Shown: positions 38,692 to 52,000 of the stretch, piece after piece
Numbering within the stretch: position 1 is the stretch's first letter
Layout: every line of letters begins with the position of its first letter
From: Mytilus trossulus
Lineage: Eukaryota
Reading direction: 5' to 3'
Assembly (NCBI RefSeq): GCF_036588685.1
Contig: NC_086375.1
Location: 88,970,001-89,034,000, forward strand
Length of the DNA stretch: 64,000 nt
Translations under genes and position numbers: made by a program
Notes under the pieces: model-generated
The model's input: only the letters and a program-made list of their open reading frames with translations
What the model was told of the DNA's origin: nothing
Database searches by the model: none

Positions 38692-41600
38692 TCTCGTTTT
38701 ACATGCTTCCAATTGAGATTTATTTTAATGACTTAAAAGTGTATTACATTTTGTTAGTCAGATACACATTTCAATATAATGCAGATATAATGATAGAAAT
38801 CAGTTGAAAAACTTATCGTTTTTTTTTGGTTAACAAATATATTCCTTTGCATAGTAATAAATGACTTTTTGCGTTTAGCATACACTTTTTCAAGTATTCA
38901 TCATACATGTATGCTTACTTATATCTTTGTTGAAAGCTACATTTGGGATATAGAATGACTTCCTCGAAGATTAACTAGTTATCCATTAGAAACTCTTACT
39001 TTTACACTGAAATCCTTTACAGCTTAACTTTTTTCTATATAAAATTCATGACCAAATTAAAATAATACATATTTTATGTTAATACCTCGACATTTCAAAA
39101 TACATGTACCAAGTCAGGAATATGACAGTTGTTGTCCATTCATTTGATGTGTCTTATCATTTGGTTTTGCCATTTGATTAGAGACATTCCGTTTGAAATT
39201 TTCCTGGGATATCATTATTTGTGTTTTTACTTTTTAAGTCAATATATAAAAAAGACGAGTAAAATATATAACCGGTTTAAACTGAATTTATAATACCGTC
39301 ACTTGTAAAAGCATTGCTACATACAATACATGAAAAGTATTTAGATGGAAATTATTTTTTATATTTAAAAAAAGAACAATTAATTAAGATGAATGCAATA
39401 TTTTATACTGAACTATTTATTGATGAGGAATTTTTCATCATTGCAAACTATAATATACATGTATTATAAAAGAGAAATGCTTGACAATTAATAAATCGGA
39501 TTATTTTGTACTCATTGTTATTATTCTAGCATTATCTTGTACATGGTATCTGTGTTTGCCAAAAAAGAGCTTGTTATTGGTATATGGTTTTTTTTCTTTC
39601 ACTTTTAGTTTTAAAACAGTAGAATAAATCCTATTTCACATTTTTATTCCTATAACATAAATCATGTTTAACAAGATCAATATATTTTCAAAACTTTCAG
39701 CTTCCCAGTTTGAAAATCTTTGAGACAATGTTACATGACATGCAGTAATTTTTCAAAGCTTAAATAAATGGACTGAACATAAATTGCTTTCAATAAATTG
39801 GCAGAAACAACTTCTTTTGAATTTTACTTAATTCTTAAAAAAACAACATTTAGTGCGAAAAGGCTATGATTGTGACCAACGAATATTTAAATTATTTACG
39901 TAATAAAAAATTGTTTGAAACAAGTGTTAGTCTAGTTATATAATATATCAATTAAGAATGTAATATTTTATTTTTAAAATTTTTAACACCATTGTTTAAT
40001 ATCAGATGTTTGGTTCTAAAACTGTCATTTACAACTTATAATCTATACAATTGACCCTAGTTGGTCAGTAAACCGACAACCAACCTCGATTTCATATAGT
40101 CTAAGGTGACTGTATCATATTATTACACTACTATATTTAAAGTTGTACGTCTCAAATAAATACCTGTTTATTTTAAGATTGTCTATACAAATCTGTTCAG
40201 GTATGAGATAACATATCAGTCGACCTACTTTTTAAACCGTCCTTTGTAAACTTCATGTAAAGATTTTATTATGTGTAAATAAAAATCTGTATAATATGTG
40301 GTTATTATAGACTGACTTAAAGACACCAAAAAGTGTTTAATGATTTAAACCAAGTATTTCAGTCTACGCCATTTAAAATATTATCTAAAATTATTTGATT
40401 GCTTGTTGTTAATTAACTTTTGGTATGCTCATCCGGGAACTTAACTATGATTGTTTCCAGTGTATCTGGATGTCACAGTCTGATTGTAGTACACATTCAG
40501 TTATCCTAGTTGCAGAACACGCTTATGTAACTTATATTTCTTTCTTTTCCAGTTCATTTGCGTACAAAAATATTAACCATTGTGCAAAACAACCGTGTTG
40601 ATTGCAGCTTACCTTAATGGTACACATCGATTAAAATATACAAGAACACATATTTAAATTTTCGAATCGCTTAATTTTTAGCGTAAGTTATACCTGTAAG
40701 AAAATTCATTGAGAAAAACTTTTAATACGCGTAGCAATAGAGAATTTAAACTGCATGCGAATGTTTGACCAAATCACTTGAATTTTGATGTCATGATATT
40801 GCTAACATCTATGCATAAATCACTTTTGATAATGGACTTTCCGTTTTCAATTTGTCAAATCGTTTTAGGTTTTTTGTTCTGTTCACACATAAAAACTAAA
40901 TTTTCTATTTTTAGAAGATAAAGTTTTTATTTTTAACTTAATAAAACATACTCGTTTCTCCTATCTGGTCCCTTGCGAATCACTTATAGGTTAGGTTTTC
41001 TATAGGGATGAGGCGTTTTTAAAAAGTTGTGACCATTTAAAATAAACTAAATCTTAAATTTATTGTTTACTCTTTTTGCCAACCATAACATACTGATCAG
41101 TGTGAAAACTACTAGTTTTTTGTCATTAAATAGGGGCAAAAGTTACCAGAAGGACCTTAAAACTCATAGATCGAAAATAAATTGACAACTAAAAAGAAAA
41201 AGAGTAAGAGACAAATAACAGTACACAAGAAACAACATAAAAAACTTAAGACTAAGAAACATAAACAATGCTCTCACCAAATATCATGCATTATCCATTT
41301 GATTATTGTACTATCACTCAACAAATAGAAACAAACTCATTATAAAAAAAAAATCTCCCTCATTTAACAGGACACTACCGATCATTCCCTGTGTCATAAA
41401 CAAAGCTCTTAATAAATATCCTGCATACTCCCTAAGATTCGCTGTTAATTTAAAAGAACAGTTGGTTGTCATCATTGCCAATGTCATTACCAATGCTCAC
41501 CCACTTATCATTTAGAACACATTTTTATCCTTGTCCGTGTTACTTAGGAATGTTCTGCAACTAATTTAAAAGAAGACCTCAGATCATTTTCGGTGTCAAG

Positions 41601-42087
41601 CATCTAATTTAAACTTCGAATCCTTGCTCGTATCCCTTAACAAAGTATTTCCTCACTCATTATTGTACATATACACCAAACTTCTTACCATTGCAAGTAT
41701 TAATCAATACAACTTTTCCACAAATTAACAGAACACTACATACCCTTGCTGATGTTCCTTAACAAAGTCCTCACTTACTATCATACATATACATAAATAA
41801 AGGCAACAATAGTACACCGCTATTCGAAAGTCACACTTTTTAAAGTTGCCAGTCTTACACAAAACATCTCTTCCACATACTAATAGAACACTTCGTATCC
41901 TTGATGGTATCCCTGTGCAATAATTACAAGAAGCTTTTGAATGATATGGAACACTTCAACTTCAACATATTATACAGTAGTAAACTAATGTTGCCTAAAT
42001 TTATAAATCAGTATAAGGCATTTCATACAATGGTCATAATAAAACAAAGTGTGTTTCTCCAGTCAAGTCTACCATTCCATTATGAAA

Positions 42088-42215
42088 CTTTGGTCCTCAA
42101 TGCTCGTCAACTTCGTACTTTTGGGGGGGATTTGAACGTCAATGACGAATCTTTTGTAGACGAAACGCGCGTCTGGCGTAAATGCAATTTAATCCTGGTA
42201 TCTATGATAAATTTA
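42088..42215 (+). mobile_element. decayed retrozyme fragment
   Basis: GAACGTCAATGACGAATCTTTTGTAGACGAAACGCGCGTCTGGCGT; CUGAUGA box lost. Confidence 0.7.
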
Positions 42216-43148
42216 TTCAGATCTTACAAATAATATCCAATGGACCAGGATTTTAGATTCTAGGTACTGACGTTGTTCATCATCTTCATAACTTGTTATA
42301 TCAGTCCTTATTCAACCCGTCATTGTGTTATTGTTCTATGTTAAATTTAAGTATTCTTGTCTTTCGTATTTGCTAATGTGCTTTGTTTATATGCATTTTT
42401 GTTTATCGGTGTTGCGATATTGCAATATTGACTGCTGTGCCCTCATATTTGACCTTTTTTTTACACATTATGTCTGTTTGTTTTGTTTACAGATTATTTT
42501 TTAATATAATGAAATTTTATTCGACTGTCAGAAGTTTAACTAGCTATAAAATTTTCTTCATAACAAAATATCTGTACCAAGTTTTGATCTTTTGATTTTG
42601 CTTAGGGATTTTCCGTTGATTTTCTCGGAGTGTGGTACATTTGTAATTTTACTTAATGGAATAACAAAAATGAATACCATTATTTTATACAGTTTTAAAG
42701 AATTTTAAAGACAAAAGTTTTGTTTGTTTTATTGTGTTATAAAGATTTTGTTGATCTCCAGTTACTCCATTTACAGTTTTATACTATGTACTTAGACTAA
42801 ACGCACATTTTGTGACCGAAGTAAATGCTTGTTTCTATGCTGTGTCTTAGCATTACATGCAGGGTGTATAAAGATTTGTGTCGTTTTGGTCTTTTGTGGA
42901 TAGTTGTCTCATTGGCAATCATACCACATCTTCTTTTTTATATTGATAAATAATGATCGTACACTGTTAGAAACAGAAGAAATGAATAAGTGCGTTTTAT
43001 CTTTTAAAACTCATATTATAAGATTAAAATACGGAATTCCTACCTTCACTTCCTTCCTTCTTCCAGAAGAATATTTCCGCCAAGAAATAGATCGCTGCTT
43101 GGTTATGTATGAAAACGGTATTGAGTGGGATATAAAAATAAAACTATA

Positions 43149-43325
43149 GGGAAATCCCGCACTATTAAATATACCCCGGGAATTTTCAATGATTACCTAT
43201 ATTAGATATACATTAACCATCAGATCCCTATAGTGGAAGTTTCAGTTAGAACTTCCGCAATATAATGTAGAACAACATAAAGCTTTAGGGCTTCTTCAAT
43301 TTGTTAGAATTGTACGAAGGTAAGC
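43149..43325 (+). promoter_or_regulatory. cluster of NF-kB-like sites followed by a strong splice donor (candidate promoter/first exon)
   Basis: GGGAAATCCC 43149-43158, GGGAATTTTC 43178-43187, GGAAGTTTCAGTT ~43235, donor AAG|GTAAGC at 43319/43320. Motif evidence only. Confidence 0.35.
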
Positions 43326-45407
43326 TATTTGATTTTTTATCTGAACTAAAACAGTATTTTAATATATATCGATATTTTTCATTATTCATTTTTGGAAAAA
43401 AAAACATATTCATCACGTAAACAAATTCATTTTTTATGATCTATTCTTGGTAACCTCAAAACCCAATCTTAAATGAAAAAGGCAAATTTTTATGAAGGCA
43501 GCTCATTTCAAACTCATAAATTTCGGATATGATATATTTTATTTTAGTAATTTCAGTCTTGCATGAATCCATTATCCTTTCTTTTTACCTAAACGTGATA
43601 CAGTTTTTGTAACTTTAGACCGAATGTTAACAACCTAGACCATAAGTCGGTTGCACGGTTAGCTTGTAATGGTCAAAAGGTCATATGGTTAATAGTCGTT
43701 TTTCTGTACAGAATTTGTTGCATACGTATTTAATTTTCAACTTTTAAGGATATAAAACAACGAGTTTAATGAAAAATAAAAAAAAATGTAAATCATTCGT
43801 CTTACCACTGACTGCTCGTTTTTATTAATAATTTGTATCATTCTCGATTGAACCATATTCCGCTTTTCTATTATAACACATATTTCCGAAGGTTAATGTC
43901 CTGGCAGTGATACATTGTACAACACAGTGAATGTTATTGTTCTAAATCTTTTTTTCTAATTTTTTTTTTAATTTCTTACTGAAGTAGATGCAACTGCGTA
44001 CAAACCAAGCAATAAGTTTAATAGAATTCAACATGCAATGTTTTACATGTACAATATTAGAACTTTACGATGAAGGCTATCAAAACCGTCTCCTTGTTTT
44101 CTTCGACATAAATTCTTGACATTTATCTGACCTAAATAACGACAGACGTTTTTAAAATGGTGCATACTATATTTGATGTGAACAATTTACATATAGTTTT
44201 GTAGTGTTGCATAATTTTTTTCTGTTAAAACAGCAAGTAAACATTGGTTTGATAAAGACCACAATTACACACAATTTTATCTTAGTTTCAGCGAGTAAAT
44301 TGCTGTTTACCATGTGTTTAAAATGCGTGTCTGTAAAGTGGATTGCAGTTTTTTGTTCTAGACATGTTTAATCAAACTGCTTCTAATGTGGTAAACATTT
44401 TGAATTGCTATTGTGGTTCTTTTTTAGGTTCCAAATTCTTTTGAAGATACATTAACAAATATTTATCACGAAAAACTATTAAAACATAACAATGTTGGTA
44501 TTATTCACATCTTGCTTAATCCGTTGAAGGTTTTTTTCACTAGGCATTTTAGACAATTTAGAACATATTAGATATCATGAATCTATTTTGTAGAACTTTA
44601 CGTTCTTTCTAATTAGTTAACCCTTCGATACAAACACATATACATATACATGATATACAAACAAATTAACATTCATAAAGAGATATTATTCTCTGCGTAG
44701 CAATTGAAAAACAAATCATATTCAATACTTCAAATAATGTTGTCAGTTTTCTTACCCCAATACATATATTGATATTGAGTATAACCATCTTAGTTAACAC
44801 ATTATACTTGAGTTTAAGTTCTATGTTTTCTTTAATTCATTATGAACCAATCATTGTATCAGACCCCACAGAAGGCATACATTTGTAAGTAAATTTTCAC
44901 ATATTTAATATAAACATGTAATGCTTTTGAGATATTTGTAACCGTTTAAATAACAATTGACATTTGGTAGGGACAAATTGTAGAAAATGAAGCTGTCTGA
45001 ATGATATCTTAATAACATAATAACAGCAATTTCATTTTTTCCCCTTTAATTTGTATTAAAAATAAAAGATAAAACAAAACATCCATATCATAGAATTGGT
45101 AGGAATATTTATAGTCAGAGTAAAAGTAAGATAACAGTTAAACCGAATTCTGAGGCAAATTCCAAAAGAAAAGCCTATAATAAAAAAAACAGTTATAGTA
45201 AAAGAAACTCGTTAAGTTTTCAGAGTCAATGAATGTTTAAGGACTGCAAGGTAAATTATACAATCACATACAATTAGTTCTGTTGTCAATTATTTCAATA
45301 GATCGTAACATTTGCACACAATCATATATTTGGAGTCACTTGAATAAAATTATTTATGATTACTGAGGCTGTCCTTTAAGGAAATATTTTTTTGAATATT
45401 ATTATAT

Positions 45408-45757
45408 CAATGCCACTGCTGGTGGAGATTTATTTGTTCGAGGGAATCACCAGCCCAGTGGTCAACACTTTTGTGCTGACATGATTTATCATTGATATGG
45501 TTATATTTATAAATTAACTGTTTACTAAATATGAATTTTTGAAATACTAAGGCTTTTCTACCTCAGGCATAGATTACCTTAGCTGTATTTGGCAAAACTT
45601 TAGGAATTAGGTCCTCAATGCTCAACTTCAACTTCGTACTTTATTTGGCCATTTTACCTTTTTTGGATTCGAGCGTCTCTGATGAGTTTTTTGTAGATGA
45701 AACGCGCGTCTGGCGTATATAGAAAATTTAGTCCTGATTTCTATGATGAGTTTATTT
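45408..45757 (+). mobile_element. retrozyme monomer with one hammerhead (core boxes retained, weak stem II)
   Basis: Colinear with 48778-49115; GAGCGTCT-CTGATGA-GTTTTTTGTAGAT-GAAACGCGCGTC-TGGCGT at ~45671-45716. Confidence 0.8.
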
Positions 45758-45759
45758 TT

Positions 45760-46085
45760 GAATATTAAGGCCATCTTAGAATAAAACATCTTAATGTTAA
45801 TTGAGGACATATATTTATGATAATCGAGGCTGTTTCATAAAAATATTTTTATGATATTTGAGACTGGTCCAAAAAAACCATCTTTATAATTATTGAAGCT
45901 ATCATAAAAGAAAATATCTTTATGATAATTGAGACAGTCCTTAAAGGAATGTCTTTATGATTAATGTGACTAACCTATAAGGAAATATATTTATGATTTA
46001 TGAGACATTCATTAAAGGAAATATCTCTATGCTTATCGAGGTTGTCCTATAAGGACATGTATTTAAAATAATCAGGCTGTCCATT
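45760..46085. repeat. degenerate ~35-bp minisatellite
   Basis: Approximate unit TAAGGAAATATNTTTATGATAATTGAGGCTGTCC, ~8-9 copies; one further copy at ~45350-45390 on the other side of the retrozyme. Confidence 0.7.
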
Positions 46086-47621
46086 TAAAAATATATATTT
46101 ACCATACCAACAATATGTGAAAGTAAGATTTATACTTATCTTAAGGTAAACCATAACAATTGAACTGTGTGAATTGTACTCTAAAAGATGCGCATTTAGA
46201 CAAATAATGTCCTTTCCGACGTACACGAGATCAAGATATTTGAAAATCAAAGACCTAATTAAAATATTTAAAGATGATAGAACTAAAATGTTGAAGTCAA
46301 ATATGGAAAAGGAATCAGAGCTTTCCTTTGAGTATAATTTAAGTTTACTAAAGCTAACAAAGATAATATCATGTCGTAGCTCACAGTAAAACTTAATGTA
46401 AACAGAAAAAATAGTCAAGCTCGATTAAACGGATTTTACAATTTGTTCTCATGCTGTGCTCTTAATGCAATGTCCCATTTGTAGAGAAAAGAAATACACT
46501 CACACATTTGATCAAAGCAGATTTGTTAGGAGTTTGTCTTTTACAAGCAAGGAGCCAATAATCTAATGATTGCCGTTGATTGCCGTCTCTTACACACAGT
46601 ATTTACTAAACGTTACAAAGTTAAATCGAACGATTCGTTGCTGAATATATTCACATTATTTCATCAAAACATAAACAAAATTATTACAAACATACCGAAC
46701 TAGAAAGTAAATTAAAAAATATCAGACGCTATCAATCATCGAAACATGTTAAACATAACTGCCGGATTCAGGACTCGGTATAGGCATTTCCCGAAGAAAA
46801 TATCGGTTTAGCCTAATTTTAAAGCTAGCTAAACCTCTAACTAGTTGTTAACAGTTCACTTATATTGAGCAAATTGGGTGAGCATTTAATGTAATAATAA
46901 TTTGGATCCAGCAGCCAAAACTGTGGTAACATTATGAAGACATAGAACACAACAGATTAACAATTCAAACATACCTGAAAATTCATTTAACAAAGACGTT
47001 TACAACAAATGGGTAGATAGTAGATTTTACATTTAAGATTTTATCCTACGATAGGTTGTACCCATTGTAAAAGTTTGAAAAAATGAACTGCAGTTTTTTG
47101 TACATGCTTGTTTTGTGGTCTTTGCTTTACAGGTGATTCCGTTATACAATTACACAACTACTGATTGGATTTCACTGTTGTTGAACGTTTCATCCAAAAT
47201 GGTTTTGAAATTTCAGTTCTTATAATGGTTTAAGTTCAAAATGTATAATCGCAAAAATACTCTGCGGAAAATTCAAAAGGAAAGTCCCTAAAATCAAAAG
47301 CTCAAACACATCAAAACAATGGATGACAACTGTCATATTCCTGACTTGGTACAGACATTTTCTTGTGTAGAAAAGGGTGGATAAAACATGGCTTTAAAGC
47401 AAGCTTAACTTCTCACTTGTATGTCACATACAGTTCTTTTTTTATTAACACCGATGTGTAAAAGAAACAAGAACAAACAGACATGATAAGTAAAATGTCA
47501 AACTAAAGGGGTACAGACTATAAACGATACTTAAGACAATAATACTCAAATTAAGTAAGTACAATACACAATGACAGAGCCACGTCATATATGTAGCAAA
47601 TCTCCAAAAGGCATATAGACA

Positions 47622-47950
47622 TTGTTATGCGTTTACTTTTCTACATTGGCTAGCGGTATAGGGGGAGGGCTGAGATCTCATAAACATGTTTAACCCCAGC
47701 GCATGTCCCAAGTCAGGAGCCTTGTCTTGTATTATTTTAATTTTAGTTTCTTGTGTACAATTTGGAAATAAGGATGGCGTTCATTATCACTGAACTAGTA
47801 TATATTTGTAGGGGCCAGTTGAAGGACGCCTCCGGTTGCGGTAATTTACCGCTACAATGAAGAACTGTTGGTGACCTTCTGCTGTTGTTTTTTCTATGGT
47901 CGGGTTGTTGTCTCTTTGACACATTCCCCATTTCCATTCTCAACTTTATT
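47622..47950 (+). mobile_element. SINE-like repeat nested in an oppositely oriented repeat
   Basis: TGGCTAGCGGTATAGGGGGAGGGCTGAGATCTCATAAACATGTTTAACCCC..GTCCCAAGTCAGGAGCC..CACATTCCCCATTTCCATTCTCAA. Confidence 0.65.
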
Positions 47951-48684
47951 GCACATTACCAAACATGAAAGACAAAAGTTCGAGAATTGTCATAGAACAA
48001 TTACACAAAAACGGGGTCTATAAGTACCGAGCCACGTCAAATGGATATCAATCAACATAGACTACACAAAAATACTCCAAGGACAATTCAATCGGAAAGT
48101 CCCTAATCATATGGCAAAATCAAATGACAAAACACATCAAACGAACGGACAACAACCGCTAAATTCCTAATTTGGTACAGGCATTTTCAAATGTAGAAAA
48201 TGGGTAAAGTAAAGACAAATAAAAAGAATAGTATAACACGTTAATAAGATGACAAAACATGTCAGTGCCCAGAATCTATACTTTAAGACCATCGTGTATT
48301 ATTTGTGAATTTGAATATTTATAAACAAGGTCTTGTTACCTTCCGATGAACTTCTTTAGGAAAACGAAGAGACTTTCTTGGATATGACCATAATTCATTC
48401 AAATCATATCTCAAAAGAATCTCAAAATTTATTAGCCTCGAAAACTATGCCAGAATCAAAACTTTAACATGTCAAACACATGGAATATAACAGTCATATT
48501 ACTGACTTGTACATGTATTTCCTTTCATCGAAAAGTGTGGATTTACCCAGGTTTTAAAGCTAGCTTAACTAGAACTATTGTAACGGTATTTTATTTTCAA
48601 TTAGATTTGAATTTGTTAAGTTCCCTGCCTTATTCGATATATATATATATATATTTATAGTATGTTTTAAATATTTTGATATGA

Positions 48685-48728
48685 GCGTCACTGATGAGTC
48701 TTATGTAGACGAAACGCGCGTCTGGCGT
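48685..48728 (+). ncRNA. type I hammerhead ribozyme (copy 1), predicted cleavage after C48722
   Basis: Stem I GCGUCA/UGGCGU, CUGAUGA 48691-48697, stem II GUCU/AGAC, GAAA 48711-48714, palindromic minimal stem III ACGCGCGU, GUC triplet. Confidence 0.9.
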
Positions 48729-49039
48729 ACTAAATTATAATCCTGGTACCTTTGCTAACTATTTACACCATTGGGTCGATGCCACTGCTGGTGGACGTCT
48801 CGTCCCCGAGGGTATCACCAGCCCAGTAGTCAACACTTCGGTGTTGACATGAATATCAATAATGTGGTCATTTTATAAATTTCCTGTTTACAAAACTTTG
48901 AATTTTTTCAAAAAACTAAGGATTTTCTTATCCCAGGCACAGATTACCTTAGCAGTATTTGGCACAACTTTTTGGAATTTTTGATCCTCAATGCTCTTCA
49001 ACTTTGTGCTTGTTTGGCTTTATAAATATTTTGATATGA

Positions 49040-49083
49040 GCGTCACTGATGAGTCTTATGTAGACGAAACGCGCGTCTGGCAT
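49040..49083 (+). ncRNA. type I hammerhead ribozyme (copy 2), predicted cleavage after C49077
   Basis: Same core as copy 1, CUGAUGA at 49046-49052; stem I 3' strand UGGCAU has one mismatch. Confidence 0.88.
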
Positions 49084-52000
49084 ACTAAATTATAATCTTG
49101 GTACCTTTGATAACTAATTATAGCTATCCTCCAAAAACAACATAAAGATCTCTGCGTCGTACACCAACAAATGCAGGTCACTATCCAGAATTGAAATTAT
49201 CCACCATTGGGCATCTGTTAGTGTGACTGCACGCGTGTTTGTATGTATTTACCGTTCAGTACAATTGGCAGAAGTCCGCTATGCTGGAATTGAGTAATTA
49301 CTTATATTTTGGTGATTCGTGTAAAAATTGATTGATAGGTTCATTGTTTCCTTCATACATTTATTAAATCTATCAATATTTAATTGGTATAACCAATTAC
49401 ATGATTGTATATGAATTGGGAGTATTTAAACCTCATTTAATGTGATTGGGCATGGAGAGGCGAATATACAAAAGCGTTTATTACTGACACTGCCATCAAA
49501 ATAAGTATTGTTCATAATGATTACTTGTTAAAAACACTGGCAGACATTTACTTCGTCGATATCATTTTTGCAATAAATATAACAGAACACTCATCAAATG
49601 TTCAAAACGTGATGTCAGCAGCTTTTCATAATTTTCAAGCTCCTGTATATGAAATATTTAAAACATTTAATAAAGATGGGTTTTTTTTGTTTTAGTGTCA
49701 AATTTCTGCTTAATATGATATTTGAGAAAGACAACAAGATGTAAACAGCGTCTCTTCAGGTTATATAGCCAATAAAACAGAAGAACCGGAAATCAAGTAA
49801 TTTATCAGTTGTATGCTACCTGTAACTAACTTTTACATGGTTATAAATTGTTTGGCATGTATAAAAGTAAGAAAATGGTAGGATTGCCAGTGATATTACT
49901 CTTCACCAGACGTAGTAAATAGCAACTTTGGTTCACAGTACGGACTTCAACAATGTGCAAAACGCATATCACATAGCAGTCTATGAAATTTATATAAAAC
50001 AAATCAAATCTTATTAAAAACAAAAACAAAAAATAAGGTATGATATACAGCACCAAACTACAACATATGAAATGCATGCTTCTGACATTGGGCAGGCAAA
50101 TACACAATGTGACGGGTTTAAACATGTTTGTGCCAAGTCCTTTCCTAAACCTATTACAGTGGTGTAACATCTCAACATATGTTGCATAGTGCAAGCATTA
50201 AACAAAACTTCAATACCATTAATAGTTTTACTTATTTATTATATGGAAATATAGTTTTTGTTTAAATTAATCGGTAGATAATCATTATTAAAACTCTTAA
50301 AATATGTGAGGATACAAAATATATTGAGATGAACCGAATGCACATTTGAAATGTCATTTATTCGTGAACAAATATTGATATTGTTTTCGAAATTTTCAAA
50401 CGTGGAAATCTGTTTAACACGAATAAAACAAATATTGGCATTCACTAGCTTAAATTAGGTTTAAAACCTTGTAAAACGAGTCATGAAACATCAGTGTGTA
50501 TTGCATTGTCGTTTTGTTTTTTGTTGCACTTCAGTGTTTTTGTTGTTTCGTTGTTTTCCATTTATAGTTGATGTATTTACCTCAGTTTTATTTGGTACTC
50601 CGGAGTTGTATTCTCTCTGTAGATTTACGACATTCAAACAGCGGTATACTACTATTACCTTTATTTTTAACACAAATCAAAACAAAATTTTGATAAAATT
50701 TATGTAAAAAAAATTTTCACAAAAATACCCAAATCCATGGCAAACTAAAAAACATTGACGTCCATAAACCTGACCAAATGTTCGAATATATAAAAAACAG
50801 GAACATAAGGAAAACATGTTTCATATTCCTGACCTGGTTGGGGCATTATCCAAAGAAAATTGTCATTAAACCTGTGTTAAATATCAGTCTGCTTATCTTT
50901 TTTTTAGATGCATGTAAGAGATTATTTGCTTTGGTTAATCAATGATGAACAGACAAAATCATGACGTTGAAGGTATGGTTTGTTTATAAAAATGATATAC
51001 AATCTTTCCCGGCACCAAACATGTATGCAATTTAATAATACAAAAAAAACTCATTTTAAAAGTAAAACCATAAAAATACATAACTCCTAGGAAATTCGAT
51101 AAAGGAAAGTCTCAAGTCAAATGACAAAACCAAAAGCTCTAACACATAAGATACCGAGCAAATTAAAACAGGAAGTGAAAGAGCATTGCAAACATGTGAC
51201 AAAATACAGCAACGGCAATCTACGCCTGAGATGGAAAACCTTTAATTTCGAAAAATGTAATATTTTTTTCTATACTTTTTACAGTTTATTTACATATAAA
51301 TCTAAAACATAACCGATGACAACCACCCGACGATGTCCTGACAAAGAGCAAATCAGAAAGTGTGGCGGATTGCACTAAACTGTCGATTTCATCATTCTTC
51401 TTGATAATGATCAATGGAATTGAGTGGTAAACAGATAAAGGTTGCAATTAAAGAACAGTCTCTGAGCTGGCCAGTTTTGAACAACATGTAAGTCATCTAT
51501 GTTTGTTTCTCCGAAAATAACACATCGTCATTATACAAAGTAGGATTTGGACTAAATCTTAAGCTAACTATACCTGAATGATAAATACAGAAAACAATTG
51601 TAAAACTTTAATATAACATGTTTTCTGAAATAGTGTATGTCATTTGATTTGAAATATTGTGATAACAAATTAAGCTACATATTCTTGTATCAGTCCTTTA
51701 TGAGTTTATTTCAACTCGATTGGTTTGAATATTGTAAATCAATTTTATACAAGAACCGGTGTAATAATCTGTCTGTGAGCGCTAAGATTCCTTCATGTAA
51801 TATACAATGCGTTCCTTCAGTGTAGTCAGTATATCATAGTTGAACCAAATATATTCATTGTGCCTTGGTTTTTTCTTTTACCTGCAAAACATAATTACAT
51901 AAATATTACCGTATTTAAAATTAAAAATGCAAAACAATGGTAATCAAAAACGACTTTCACAAATACAAAAGCATTCTGATGAAATAATAAGGATATCTGA

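Larger units (their letters stand above)
48668..49116 (+). mobile_element. non-LTR retrozyme: 355-bp unit bounded by two type I hammerhead ribozymes
   Basis: ~93-bp direct repeats 48668-48760 and 49023-49115, each containing GCGTCA-CTGATGA-GTCTtatgtAGAC-GAAACGCGCGTC-TGGC. Confidence 0.9.

Noticed and set aside
46047-46418. Overlapping 123-aa and 71-aa ORFs
   Set aside because: Non-ATG starts, AT-biased composition, no motifs or splice context.
51780-51882. Minus-strand acceptor followed by a short frame VKKKPRHNEYIWFNYD...
   Set aside because: No recognisable domain and no partner exons found.
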